From sequence record SRR31156797_77: a DNA stretch of 39,607 nucleotides, one strand, 5' to 3'. Within the stretch, counting starts at the first letter, position 1, and each line of letters begins with the position of its first letter. Of the stretch, positions 1 to 9,963 are shown piece by piece. Below the pieces are notes generated by a model. The model saw only the letters and a list, made by a program, of their open reading frames with translations, searched no databases and was not told where the DNA came from. A program made the translations under genes and the position numbers.

Positions 1-885
1 CATCGTTTACGGCGTGGACTACCAGGGTCTCTAATCCTGTTTGCTCCCCACGCTTTAGCACTTTTACGTCAGAGTACACCAGACCGCTGCCTTCGCCAAT
101 GGTATTCTTTCTGAACTAATCGAATTTTACCTCCAATCCAAAAATTCTACGGTCCTTATGTACACTCAAAGCCAATCAACAAAAACTTAAGAAAAGGTCC
201 CATAGTCTTTCTTATGGGCTTGCCTTTTCCGTGTTCATGACCATATACATGCGCTATACGCCCAGTCAATATGAGTAACACTAGCTCCTCCCGTCTTACC
301 GCGGCTGCTGGCACGAAATTAGCCGGAGCTTATTCTTTCTCAGTCATGTCATAATCCACTAAGAAAAAAGGAAGTTACAATCTGCTTCGAAAAGCATGGA
401 CTTTCATGTTCCACGCGATATTGCTGGATCAAGCATTTGCTCATTGTCCAATATTCCCCACTGCTGACTTTCAAAAAGTCTGGGCCTTGTCTCAGTCCCA
501 GTGTGGCTGTTTTTCCGCTAAGAACAGCTAGACATTGAAGGCTTGGTGAGCCTTTACCTCACCAACCAACCCTAATATCGAATAAACTCATATAGCAGCA
601 ACTAAGTTTTTCAACCTATAAATAATTAATTTGGGCTTTTCATTAACACAATAATGTGTCTGTTTCGGTTGCATTTGACATTCAAAGTGCTTTGGGCAAG
701 CACAAAACTTGAATAATTTGTGCTTGCAACTTTGAAGCATTTAATTTTGGTCAAGCTGCTAGGTAGATTTTTATTTATTACTCACCCGTTCGCAAAAAAT
801 TGACAATTAATTGTAATTCATCGAACTCGCATGTGTAAAGCATATCGCAAGCATTCACTCTGAGCCAGGATAAAACTCATTTTTA
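1..885 (-). rRNA. rns: Small-subunit rRNA, 5' portion (continues beyond window start)
   Basis: Reverse complement has GAGTTTTATCCTGGCTCAG (27F-like, ~860-878), GTGCCAGCAGCCGCGGTAA (~296-314) and ATTAGAGACCCTGGTAGTCC (~16-35). The 5' end is approximate. Confidence 0.97.
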
Positions 886-1077
886 CTTATAGATCTATGA
901 ATTTGATGAATCTGGTGTTTCTTAACAATTGTGTCTATTTGTATTTGTGGGTAACGTGAATTTTTTGTTTAATGCATCATTACCTCAAATCTTTCTTTTT
1001 TAATTTAGTTTGTGTTTTACTGTCTATTACTGAAATGAATCTACCTAGATTTGGGATCCAAAATTGGACTCCATTAG

Positions 1078-1770
1078 TTAAGCTATTGGGAAGCAGTAAC
1101 TTTTTAGCATACAACGCAGTTCATTTTTGCTACAAAGTTTATTTGTTTTCAAAAAAATGAAAAAGGAAGAATTTGGAGACGCATAAGGACCAAAACACTT
1201 TGAGACCCAAGGTAAGCTATTTAGTGATTCAATAATAGATGCTAATAGTCCTAAAAAGTTTCCTACTTTCCATAAGTCACTTCTTCCATTTTTGCTTCTG
1301 TTTAGCTCACTAGAAACCTTAATCTTTGGGACATAAGTTCTCTTGTTAACATTAAAGGTCCACCAAAATGGCAAATATAAATGCAATATCTTGTCAAACA
1401 GAGGAAAAGATTCTCTTTTTTTTACACAAACCTCTATATGATAGATATCCTTAAAATTTAAATTTTCTATTTTCTTATCAATGTAAACGTCCAAGTAAAA
1501 CTCCAAAACACGCTTGCTAACATTAATATTGGGACGAAAGTATTTCTTATCAAACGCTGGACTCGCTTGAATGATTAAGCTTTCAACATTTAAAATCTGT
1601 TCTGCGTTAAAGTAATAAAATCTTTTAAGAATGAGCAGATTAACCTCTCTTTTTATAAGCATATAATATCTGCTGGTATAACCCACAAAAAATTGGTTAT
1701 AATCTTCAAGGGATTTTATCCATTTGCCATTATCCTTTTCTCCTTTTATTATATTGCTATTAAATATCAT
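1078..1770 (-). CDS. rpl5: Divergent ribosomal protein L5
   Basis: [31 protein letters not shown] resembles L5 [51 protein letters not shown] resembles [23 protein letters not shown]; C-terminal [14 protein letters not shown] resembles EEGRALLAAFDFPF. Confidence 0.7.
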   Translation of the reverse strand: [230 protein letters not shown]

Positions 1771-1978
1771 AAGTCCTTAAAAATTACTGGAATAACTTGC
1801 CCAAAAAATCAATAACCTCTTCGAAAAAAGACAACCATTAAAGTCGCTAAAAACGATTTCAATTAGTCTTCCATAACTTTTTCACAGTTAAGCAAATAAC
1901 CAAAGTAAACCCGTATTAGAGCATACATAAGCGTAAAAAACACAACTAGCTTTTGAATAGATTGACTAACAAATTTTA

Positions 1979-2050
1979 TGGGCTCGGCTGGATTCGAACC
2001 AACATCATCATTGTCATGAGCAATGTGTTATACCATTAAACCACAAGCCC
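1979..2050 (-). tRNA. trnI(cau): tRNA with CAU anticodon, probably lysidine-type tRNA-Ile
   Basis: Cloverleaf GGGCTTG/CGAGCCC-A, anticodon loop CTCATGA. GGGC acceptor is typical of Ile2, and separate initiator and elongator Met tRNAs occur elsewhere in the window. Confidence 0.8.
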
Positions 2051-2243
2051 ATTTTTTTGTAAAGAATGTTTTATGTCTAGATGTGTTTTTAACTTTAACT
2101 CATGTTGCCAATACATGAAAAACCTTCTAAGGAGAAAAAAGATAGCAATAAACGAAATTGTTTTCTGACTATAGAAAAGTTTGGAATTGGTGTCACACAA
2201 CCAATAAACACTTCAAAAAAAGTAATTTTTTCTATTTTTGCAA

Positions 2244-3908
2244 CTAGAACTTGTTATAAAAGGTATAAACAATTTCTTTAAATCGTCTCAATTTTGTCAA
2301 GCTTTCACCGTAAATTAGTTTCAGGAAATACTTTGAAAAACCTTTATATAACACGATACCATTGCGTGTACAAGCTATAGGAAGCTTCAGCTTTATTAAA
2401 AACTTTGACCATTTAACTTTACAAAAATCAACAATTCTAAGGCTAGAACTGTCCTCTAAAATAGACATAAATAAAATAACCAAAAATACGAGTAGTCCAA
2501 CAAGTGTCACATAAGACCCAAAAGTACTTATACTATTAAGAAAAAAATAGACGTCAGGATAGTCAGGAATGCGTCTAGGCATACCTGCCATACCTAAAAA
2601 ATGCATAGGAAAGAAGGTTAAGTTAACACCAATAAAAGTCAAAAAAAATTGAACTCTAGACAAAATCCAAGAGTAAGTGTTTCCAACAATTTCTTTATAC
2701 CAATAAAAAAAGCCACCAAAACAGCCAAAAACAGCACCCATAGAAAGCACATAGTGGAAATGGCTCACCACATAGTAAGTATCATGTAATACTAAATCAA
2801 CACCACTATTAGATAAAACTATACCTGTTAACCCCCCTATTGTAAATAAAAAGATAAATCCAACTGCCCATAACATTGGAACGCTAAGCTCGATTGCACC
2901 ACCCCATAATGTTGCCAACCAACTAAACACTTTTATCCCAGTGGGTATACCTATAATCATTGTCACTGCTGTAAAGTAGGCCTTAGTATCAACATCAAGG
3001 CCAACTGTATACATATGATGTGCCCAAACAATAAACCCCAAAACGCCTATAGACGACATAGCATATATCATCCCCAAGCTACCAAACACAAATTTATGTG
3101 AATATTCTGAAACTATATGACTAATTATTCCAAATGCGGGAAGTATTATTATATAGACTTCTGGGTGACCAAAAAACCAGAATAAATGCTGAAAGAGTAG
3201 TGGGTCTCCACCACTTGAAGGGTCAAAAAAAGACGAGCTGAAGTTTCTATCCGTTAAAAGCATAGTGATAGCACTAGCTAACACAGGTAGAGATAACAAT
3301 AGTAATATAGAAGTTATAAAAATTGACCAAACAAACAAAGGCATCTGATGCATTCTTAACTGATTTGACCTCATATTTATAACAGTGACAATAAAATTCA
3401 TAGATCCTAAAAGGGAAGAAATTCCAGCTATGTGCAAACTAAATATAGCTAAATCAACAGAAGGTCCCGAGTGATAGAGTTTATTACTTAAAGGAGGATA
3501 TATTGTCCATCCAGTACCAGCACCCATATCAAATAACAAAGCAATAAACAACACTATAAATGAAGAGTTAAGTAACCAAAAACTCAGGTTATTTAAACGT
3601 GGAAACGCCATATCTGGAGCCCCAATAAGCGTAGGTAGAAATAAGTTTCCAAATCCCCCTATCAAAATAGGCATGACCATAAAAAAAATCATAATTAGTC
3701 CATGTGAGGTTATAACCAAGTTAAATATCTGGCTATTGTCATTAAGGTATGTATTACCAGGACTAATCAGAACCATTCTGATTATAACAGATAAAGCAGA
3801 TCCAATAATTCCAGCCACAATTCCAAAGATCAAATACATAACACCTATTTTTTTATGATTGGTTGTAAATAACCAAGAGCATAATTCCTTGAACTTGTTT
3901 TTTTTCAT
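2244..3908 (-). CDS. cox1: Cytochrome c oxidase subunit 1
   Basis: [48 protein letters not shown]. Confidence 0.99.
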   Translation of the reverse strand: MKKNKFKELCSWLFTTNHKKIGVMYLIFGIVAGIIGSALSVIIRMVLISPGNTYLNDNSQIFNLVITSHGLIMIFFMVMPILIGGFGNLFLPTLIGAPDMAFPRLNNLSFWLLNSSFIVLFIALLFDMGAGTGWTIYPPLSNKLYHSGPSVDLAIFSLHIAGISSLLGSMNFIVTVINMRSNQLRMHQMPLFVWSIFITSILLLLSLPVLASAITMLLTDRNFSSSFFDPSSGGDPLLFQHLFWFFGHPEVYIIILPAFGIISHIVSEYSHKFVFGSLGMIYAMSSIGVLGFIVWAHHMYTVGLDVDTKAYFTAVTMIIGIPTGIKVFSWLATLWGGAIELSVPMLWAVGFIFLFTIGGLTGIVLSNSGVDLVLHDTYYVVSHFHYVLSMGAVFGCFGGFFYWYKEIVGNTYSWILSRVQFFLTFIGVNLTFFPMHFLGMAGMPRRIPDYPDVYFFLNSISTFGSYVTLVGLLVFLVILFMSILEDSSSLRIVDFCKVKWSKFLIKLKLPIACTRNGIVLYKGFSKYFLKLIYGESLTKLRRFKEIVYTFYNKF

Positions 3909-4070
3909 AAAGAAGCTGATTTTTCTAATAAAAACGAAAGCGGAGATATGGACGTCGTATTTAAAATAACTATAAAATTACACAAATGACAAAACTTATA
4001 AAAGCTTATTTTTTTTAAAAAAAAGAGTATACTTATTGTACAAAACATGCAACCCTTCTAAGGGTGAAAA

Positions 4071-4143
4071 ATCCGGAAGAAGGACTCGAACCTACAGTCT
4101 CCAGATTATGAATCTGATGAGTTGCCACTTACTCTATTCCGTT
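4071..4143 (-). tRNA. trnM(cau)f: Initiator-type tRNA-Met (CAU)
   Basis: D arm GAGT..ACTC typical of organellar fMet tRNA, anticodon loop TTCATAA, T loop TTCGAGT. Acceptor pairs 1 and 2 mismatched. Confidence 0.8.
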
Positions 4144-4166
4144 TATTTCACCAAATTTAAACTATT

Positions 4167-4580
4167 TTAACGAGATACGATCCTAACCTTAATTGGCAAC
4201 TTAGAGGATCCATAATTTAGTGCCTCAAATGCACAATTTTTCTTTAATCCCATTGTTTCCAAAATAATTTTTCCAGGCTTTACATTTGCAAGCCAATTAC
4301 TTATTGGTCCTTTACCTTTCCCCATTCTGACACCTATTGGTTTCTTGGTAACAGGCATTTCTGGTTTAACTCGAAAAATCAATTTTCCTTGCTTGTTAGT
4401 CACACTTATTATAGCTCTTCGCATTGATTCAATTTGTTTCTGATTAATATATCCATGCTCCAAAGCTAATAGCCCAAATTCTCCAAGGCTTAACTTATCT
4501 GCTGTGACTAACCTTTTTTTAGCAAACCTAATTTTTGTTTTATGATACTTTTTGTATTTTAAATTCGGAATTTTGAACAT
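4167..4580 (-). CDS. rpl16: Ribosomal protein L16
   Basis: KKPIGVRMGKGKG, GSSKLPIK. Confidence 0.97.
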   Translation of the reverse strand: MFKIPNLKYKKYHKTKIRFAKKRLVTADKLSLGEFGLLALEHGYINQKQIESMRRAIISVTNKQGKLIFRVKPEMPVTKKPIGVRMGKGKGPISNWLANVKPGKIILETMGLKKNCAFEALNYGSSKLPIKVRIVSR

Positions 4581-4592
4581 GAACTTCTTTTG

Positions 4593-6143
4593 TTAATTGT
4601 AAAAAACCCAGACTTTAATGCTGCTTATTCCTAGAGAGGTTTTAGCGGTTAAAAAAGAATAATCAATTACAGAGTCAAAGGAAAATCTTGGTGTACTTCC
4701 TATAATCATCCTACGCTTCTGTGATCTCTCCCCAGCAGAAGGGAATCCGTATATATTCAGGTGCCCCTTGCATTCTACTAAGACTCCTTTTAAAGTACCA
4801 TTCCCCAAAAAATTGGATATAAAACCTTCCACATTTTTAAAAATTTTTGGTATAGATTCGTTACGCTTAATCATATGTGTTATGTAGTGAGCAAGCTTAA
4901 AAGCATGTGTTGGGAGAACCAAGGAACCTAAATACGGCTCAGTTCTGCTCGTGTCTTCTATTGCAGACACCCATCTTGGTCTTCTACTAAGCTCTTCCTC
5001 AATAGAGTGTAATATCACGACGTGAACATCACTTTGAGTGTATTTTTCCAAAACGCTTAGAATGCTAGTTCTTCTAATTTTCTTAACATACTTGTTCTTT
5101 ATAGTGAGTTTTGCCGATCTGGTACTAGAGTCTATAGGAAGAATAATACCTAAAGAATTAGTAGAATGTTTGTTATCTAAGGATATGATTTCATTATTAG
5201 AAATTGCATTTGAATCATAATGCAACTCATGAAATAGTAAATCATTCTTGTAAGAGAATATACTTCTAAATTTTTTCTTAAATAAAATGGGCTTAAGAAA
5301 ATACCATGTCATCACTAGATTCATTTCTATCTTCCAGATATCCATTATAAACGCATAATATTCTTTTTCTGAACGAGTGTTTTGAAGATTAACTATGGAA
5401 AATTTACCTATAGACGAAAACTTATTGTTATAGTCCCTAAGAGGTAACACTTTTTCAAGATTATTTGACTTTAAAACAATATAATTGCTAACGAACACCC
5501 TAGCAAAGCCAGATTTGGAATTTAAATTATTTGCGACACCATATTGTAGATAGCAACTCCTCAATAAATCACGGAAAAAAATTTGAAAATTTATAGTATT
5601 ACCCTCTCTTTTTTCAGAAGGCAAACTCTTTGAAAAAGGGTTGGTTAAATCTTGAGTAATGAAATTATCACTTTCCGACAGTTGTCCAGCACTTGTTCTC
5701 CAGTTTTTCACCAAAAAGTCCAAGGAATGTTTTACCGAAACTAATTTAGAAGAGGATCTGAGTGAATTAAAACTAGTTTCATAAAATACACCTTTGCGTC
5801 CCTCAAACAATTTAAATCTAGGTGGTCCACTAACATAAAGCAACACCCAAATAGTAAAGCCGTCTCTTTTAATCACACAATGGTTCACTGTCCTCATAGA
5901 ACTTAGAAAGGAAGACATTTCCTTTTCTCTGAACTTAAATCTGTTTGCAAAGCTTTTTTTCCCCTTGTGCCTTTCAGCCTTTTGAGAGCTTTTCCTACTT
6001 ATCAAATAATTATTTATAATAAATTTTCTTAACGCAAAGTCTTCATATAGAAGGCTTGTATAGTTTTCCTTACTGAACCATTGAGAATTCCAATACCTTG
6101 AATTCCCCATTCTTATTCCAATCGGGTTGGCCCTTCTTGACAT
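4593..6143 (-). CDS. rps3: Ribosomal protein S3 with large internal insertion (516 aa)
   Basis: N-terminal RRANPIGIRMG..WNSQWF; C-terminal GVLVECKG..IDYSFLTAKTSLGISSIKVWV; rps19-rps3-rpl16 synteny. Confidence 0.95.
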   Translation of the reverse strand: MSRRANPIGIRMGNSRYWNSQWFSKENYTSLLYEDFALRKFIINNYLISRKSSQKAERHKGKKSFANRFKFREKEMSSFLSSMRTVNHCVIKRDGFTIWVLLYVSGPPRFKLFEGRKGVFYETSFNSLRSSSKLVSVKHSLDFLVKNWRTSAGQLSESDNFITQDLTNPFSKSLPSEKREGNTINFQIFFRDLLRSCYLQYGVANNLNSKSGFARVFVSNYIVLKSNNLEKVLPLRDYNNKFSSIGKFSIVNLQNTRSEKEYYAFIMDIWKIEMNLVMTWYFLKPILFKKKFRSIFSYKNDLLFHELHYDSNAISNNEIISLDNKHSTNSLGIILPIDSSTRSAKLTIKNKYVKKIRRTSILSVLEKYTQSDVHVVILHSIEEELSRRPRWVSAIEDTSRTEPYLGSLVLPTHAFKLAHYITHMIKRNESIPKIFKNVEGFISNFLGNGTLKGVLVECKGHLNIYGFPSAGERSQKRRMIIGSTPRFSFDSVIDYSFLTAKTSLGISSIKVWVFYN

Positions 6144-6181
6144 TTTATACGGTTATGAATATAATCAAAAAACCTAAACCA

Positions 6182-6499
6182 CTAACGTCTCTTTTGAGAC
6201 GATTTCTTGTTCTTCAAACGCTTTCTTGAAAGGGACCTTGGTCTTCTTGTCATAACTAATTCTCCAAATTTATACCCGATCATTTCACTAATTATACGTT
6301 TGGGGACGAAACGCATACCATTATGTACAAATACAATAGAGCCCACAAACTCTGGTGATATAGCAGAAGCTCTAGATGATGTATTAATTTGTAATGTTTT
6401 AACTGAACCAGCAACATTATTAATTGAACTATTAACAGCAGAGATCTTACTCATTACTTGCTTGTCAAAAAATGGCCCTTTAAATTTAGAGCGACCCAT
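6182..6499 (-). CDS. rps19: Ribosomal protein S19
   Basis: MGRSKFKGPF, VHNG, MIGYKFGELVMTR. Confidence 0.97.
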   Translation of the reverse strand: MGRSKFKGPFFDKQVMSKISAVNSSINNVAGSVKTLQINTSSRASAISPEFVGSIVFVHNGMRFVPKRIISEMIGYKFGELVMTRRPRSLSRKRLKNKKSSQKRR

Positions 6500-6518
6500 T
6501 TACAGTTACTTTTTTAGT

Positions 6519-7400
6519 TTAAATTCGTCTACTTTTAGGGGGACGACACCCGTTAAATGGAATTTTGGTAGAATCAACAAAAGACTTAATCAAAAGTCTT
6601 CCTTTATCAACCCTTAAACCACGAGCCGCGGGATTACGTCCTGGTCCAAATCCCTTAAAAACTACCATAACTGATTTTTTATAATCACTGTTACCCAAAA
6701 CTAACTGACTTCCTCTTTTTTCCCTCTTCTCTTTTTCCACCCCCTTTTGGTAGTGCAAATTAGCAGCGTTCATTAGCTTCTTTATAGCAACTTGTACTGC
6801 AATCCCAGTTTTTCTTTTACCACCCTTAAAACCTACAGCCCCAGGTGTGGTTGTGCAAATGGGGAGGTTGTTTTCACCTTCCACTAAGCTCAAAAATGTG
6901 TTATTTGTATCAGATCGTACCACTATAAAGTACTTGCTTTTGCCACAAATTGAATCTAAATACGACTCATATTTTCCTTTTTCATGTTTAACGTCCTTAA
7001 CTAAACTCTTTTTTATAGCCTTAAACTTATTATAAAGTTTTTTTTCACGGTTTTTTGCAACTTCTAATCCTTCATTTGACCTTATAGCATGCAATGCATC
7101 TCTCTGCTTGTAACCAGCCCATCGCATTTTACCCACTTTATCATCCTTGTACTTTGTATACTTTTCATTCAGGTAGTCTTTAATTTGGTCGGGAGTTTTC
7201 AGATTGTTTTGGATCCTTTCCTTTAAACTTAATGGGGGTCTTCTCTTCTCCACCATTAATTTTCTTCTTCTTTCTTTTGATCGGAATCTTCTTTCCTTTC
7301 TTCTTAACTCCCTTCTTAGTTTAATAAAATCGTCAGAATTGACCACACTCTGGTCATGTATACCATTATTATATCTATTACCATTTATATTATTAGTCAT
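6519..7400 (-). CDS. rps11: Ribosomal protein S11 with ~150 aa basic N-terminal extension
   Basis: NNTFLSL, GAVGFKGGKRKT, KGFGPGR, DSTKIPFNGCRPPKSRRI. Confidence 0.96.
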   Translation of the reverse strand: MTNNINGNRYNNGIHDQSVVNSDDFIKLRRELRRKERRFRSKERRRKLMVEKRRPPLSLKERIQNNLKTPDQIKDYLNEKYTKYKDDKVGKMRWAGYKQRDALHAIRSNEGLEVAKNREKKLYNKFKAIKKSLVKDVKHEKGKYESYLDSICGKSKYFIVVRSDTNNTFLSLVEGENNLPICTTTPGAVGFKGGKRKTGIAVQVAIKKLMNAANLHYQKGVEKEKREKRGSQLVLGNSDYKKSVMVVFKGFGPGRNPAARGLRVDKGRLLIKSFVDSTKIPFNGCRPPKSRRI

Positions 7401-7517
7401 TCTTTTACTAGATTTTACTTATATAAATCAATGCAGACATCAGGGCTCTACTTTTTTTACAAAAAGTACAATTATTAAATGCTAACAAACAACTTTCTCT
7501 GCCCAAACACAAATAAT

Positions 7518-8165
7518 TTAAAAAACACTCTCATTTTTGAACGTCCAAGTCCCAATTAGTGGAAAAATACTACTAATGTAATTAGTTTCTTTTTTACTTT
7601 TAAAGCGGTTTTTGCCGAAAACATTGGAAAGTTTCTTTCTTGAAAAAAGAACCTTTCTATTTAACAAACTATTATTCACTTTTCTCTTATCATATAAAAA
7701 CCGGCAATATTTCTTCCCCAATTTCCTAGACGTTTTTGCGTTATTATGAGTACGTTGCCCATGTACTGGCAAATGCACACTATGACGAGCACCCCTATTA
7801 CACTTAATAAAATGCAAGTGAAGCAGATTAGACTTAACACGTTCCCTTAAATCCAAGTTAAAGGCAAACCAAGTGTTCAATTTAGATAAAGTGCTACTTA
7901 CTTTAAGTAAATGATCCACAAATACAGGCTCGTTTACCGGATGTCTATCGTCTGTATACCCTAAGGCTCTGCAAACTTTTATTGAAGTAAGTTTACCAAC
8001 TCCAACAATACGTTCTATATTTTTCTGAATAGAGTGTGGAAAATATATTTTTTTGTCTAAAATTCTGTAGCTTTCTGGGGTTCTCCTTGTATTGCTCAGT
8101 TTACTAGTAGAAAGCAGCACCCTTTTTCTATGGAGTGTACCTTTATATTTAACTTTTAAGTTCAT
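7518..8165 (-). CDS. rps13: Ribosomal protein S13 with terminal extensions
   Basis: IVGVG, RGARHSVHLPVHGQRTHNNAKT. Confidence 0.95.
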   Translation of the reverse strand: MNLKVKYKGTLHRKRVLLSTSKLSNTRRTPESYRILDKKIYFPHSIQKNIERIVGVGKLTSIKVCRALGYTDDRHPVNEPVFVDHLLKVSSTLSKLNTWFAFNLDLRERVKSNLLHLHFIKCNRGARHSVHLPVHGQRTHNNAKTSRKLGKKYCRFLYDKRKVNNSLLNRKVLFSRKKLSNVFGKNRFKSKKETNYISSIFPLIGTWTFKNESVF

Positions 8166-8191
8166 ATTTATTGAAATCAGAGCCTATTATA

Positions 8192-8262
8192 AGACAGGTA
8201 GCATAATGGCAATGCCGGGGATTGCAAATCCCTAAATAGTGGTTCAATTCCACTCCTGGGCT
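8192..8262 (+). tRNA. trnC(gca): tRNA-Cys (GCA)
   Basis: Anticodon arm GGGGA-TTGCAAA-TCCCT, T arm AGTGG-TTCAATT-CCACT, U73. Acceptor pairs 1-3 mismatched. Confidence 0.92.
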
Positions 8263-8305
8263 TTAACTACTTAATCTTTTTTAAGTGCAAAAAAAAACTA
8301 CATTG

Positions 8306-9328
8306 CTATATAATAACCAAAAATATGGAAAAGATAGTAAATATTGTTAGCAATACTTTAGAACAGTATCTAACTAAGTATTGATATTCTCTTTTGCTGG
8401 AGAAATGGTAAGTAGATTTATAATTCATAAAAAGAAAATCAGCATTGATCAATTTGTTAACAGAATAGAGTGAGTATATAAGGGAGAATAGTTTGTGAAA
8501 AAATCCAATATAGCACCGGTTAAATTTAACGTATAAAAAGAAAGCCATAAGGGTAAAAACAAAGCTGAAGGCAGCCATCTCAGGCATTAGGAAAAAATAA
8601 AGTCTTACTTCTTCCTCAAAAATATTAAATTTGTTTGAAATTATAGAATTGACTATGTTAGAATTTGAGAAGGAGTTTAGTGTTTTAACATTAACATTAA
8701 TTATAGGCCAAATTTGGACAAAGAGAAAGAAGCCAATAAGAAAAAACGGAAAAAAAAAGCCTTTATAGTTACAAAGATACATTAAAAAAATGACGAAACC
8801 AAGTTTCCTAAGCCCAAAGTTTCTATTTAAGATAATCATAAAATGCAATAATAAGGAACCACTAGTATAAACTAGATGCAGAAAACAAGCTCTCAAAAAA
8901 AGGCACAACCCTTCACTTTCCAAACCCACAAAACTAACAAATAGTAACTTGTTTTTTTTCATTATGTTATTTAACGTTATAAACGAAACTAAATAATTTA
9001 AAAACAAATTTAATGGAACCAAGATTACTTTATTACTAGTAAATTTTGACACGATCTTTATAACTTTAAAAGATACTTTTTCCACAGTTTTTACCTGAAA
9101 AAACAGAAAAACATACCAAAATATAAATATACTTTTGTCTATTATCGGATTAGCTATATAAAAAGTGTGAAATAAACTAGAAAATGGTATTTTATAGAAT
9201 AAGAACTCCCCTAAGTAATCAAGAGCATCAAGACCTACATTCATACCCATACAAGGAACGACAATATAGTCGCTCCAAAACGAAAATGTCCAAAAGATAC
9301 TCAACGTGATTAGACCTTGTATTATCAA
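8306..9328 (-). CDS. secY: Divergent preprotein translocase subunit SecY (TTG start)
   Basis: Polytopic membrane protein with colinear SecY motifs: YIVVPCM (FIPIPGI), KSIF (ASIF), TSGSLLLHFMIILNRNFGL (VTGTMFLMWLGEQITERGI), LMPEMAAFS (VIPAIFASS), FSLIYSLYSVNKLINADFL (FCFFYTALVFNPRETADNL). Lies upstream of rps13-rps11. Confidence 0.8.
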   Translation of the reverse strand: MIIQGLITLSIFWTFSFWSDYIVVPCMGMNVGLDALDYLGEFLFYKIPFSSLFHTFYIANPIIDKSIFIFWYVFLFFQVKTVEKVSFKVIKIVSKFTSNKVILVPLNLFLNYLVSFITLNNIMKKNKLLFVSFVGLESEGLCLFLRACFLHLVYTSGSLLLHFMIILNRNFGLRKLGFVIFLMYLCNYKGFFFPFFLIGFFLFVQIWPIINVNVKTLNSFSNSNIVNSIISNKFNIFEEEVRLYFFLMPEMAAFSFVFTLMAFFLYVKFNRCYIGFFHKLFSLIYSLYSVNKLINADFLFMNYKSTYHFSSKREYQYLVRYCSKVLLTIFTIFSIFLVII

Positions 9329-9337
9329 CAGTTATTT

Positions 9338-9955
9338 TTACTCTTTTAACTTATTTCTATGAAACTTCAAGAAGACTTTACTTTTGTTAACCAGTGAATA
9401 TAATTCATTTCTTTTTTTTACACAAAGACCATGACCCAGATAAGCTTCAAGACTTTGAGTAACCAGTCTAGGCCAACTTCCCATTGAGTGGAACCTATCT
9501 ATAGAACTAGAACACTTGATCCAAAACCGAATTGTGCTTTGCAACTGTCTAAAAGACGTTACTACAATAGGAATTTGAGTTACAGTTTTATTTTTTTTTA
9601 CCCTACGAATTTCAACGGTTCTACCTATATTGTGAATCAACGAGTATAGGAACTTATTTGGATCCTTAGAAATACGGGACTTTATACAAAAACAAATCTT
9701 GCTCAACAAAGAAATTCCCTTACTTTTGTGTCCTTTCTTATTAAAGGCTCCAACAACCCCTTTGGTAAAGGGATCTAAAAACAAATCAGTATTTTTTGCT
9801 CTAACATTACTAGTGACAGCCAAACAAGAGTTATAAAGCCAATCTACAGGAGAAGTATCAAATTTGTCTAGTTTGGAATACCTATTTCTTTTTGCTTCAT
9901 CCTTTTTTGAGGAGAAATATACGTGCTTAATATAACTTTTTACCATAAATTTCAT
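9338..9955 (-). CDS. rps7: Ribosomal protein S7
   Basis: KKGHKSKG, VEIRRVKK..TQIPI, IRFW, KKRNELY; directly downstream of rps12. Confidence 0.9.
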   Translation of the reverse strand: MKFMVKSYIKHVYFSSKKDEAKRNRYSKLDKFDTSPVDWLYNSCLAVTSNVRAKNTDLFLDPFTKGVVGAFNKKGHKSKGISLLSKICFCIKSRISKDPNKFLYSLIHNIGRTVEIRRVKKNKTVTQIPIVVTSFRQLQSTIRFWIKCSSSIDRFHSMGSWPRLVTQSLEAYLGHGLCVKKRNELYSLVNKSKVFLKFHRNKLKE

Positions 9956-9963
9956 GCGTTTAT

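Noticed and set aside
972-1160. 62-aa plus-strand ORF
   Set aside because: Overlaps rpl5 antisense and the rRNA leader; no motif.
2060-2243. Possible 5S rRNA (ACCAATTCCAAAC on the minus strand resembles loop C)
   Set aside because: I could not build the flanking 5S helices; a covariance-model search is needed.
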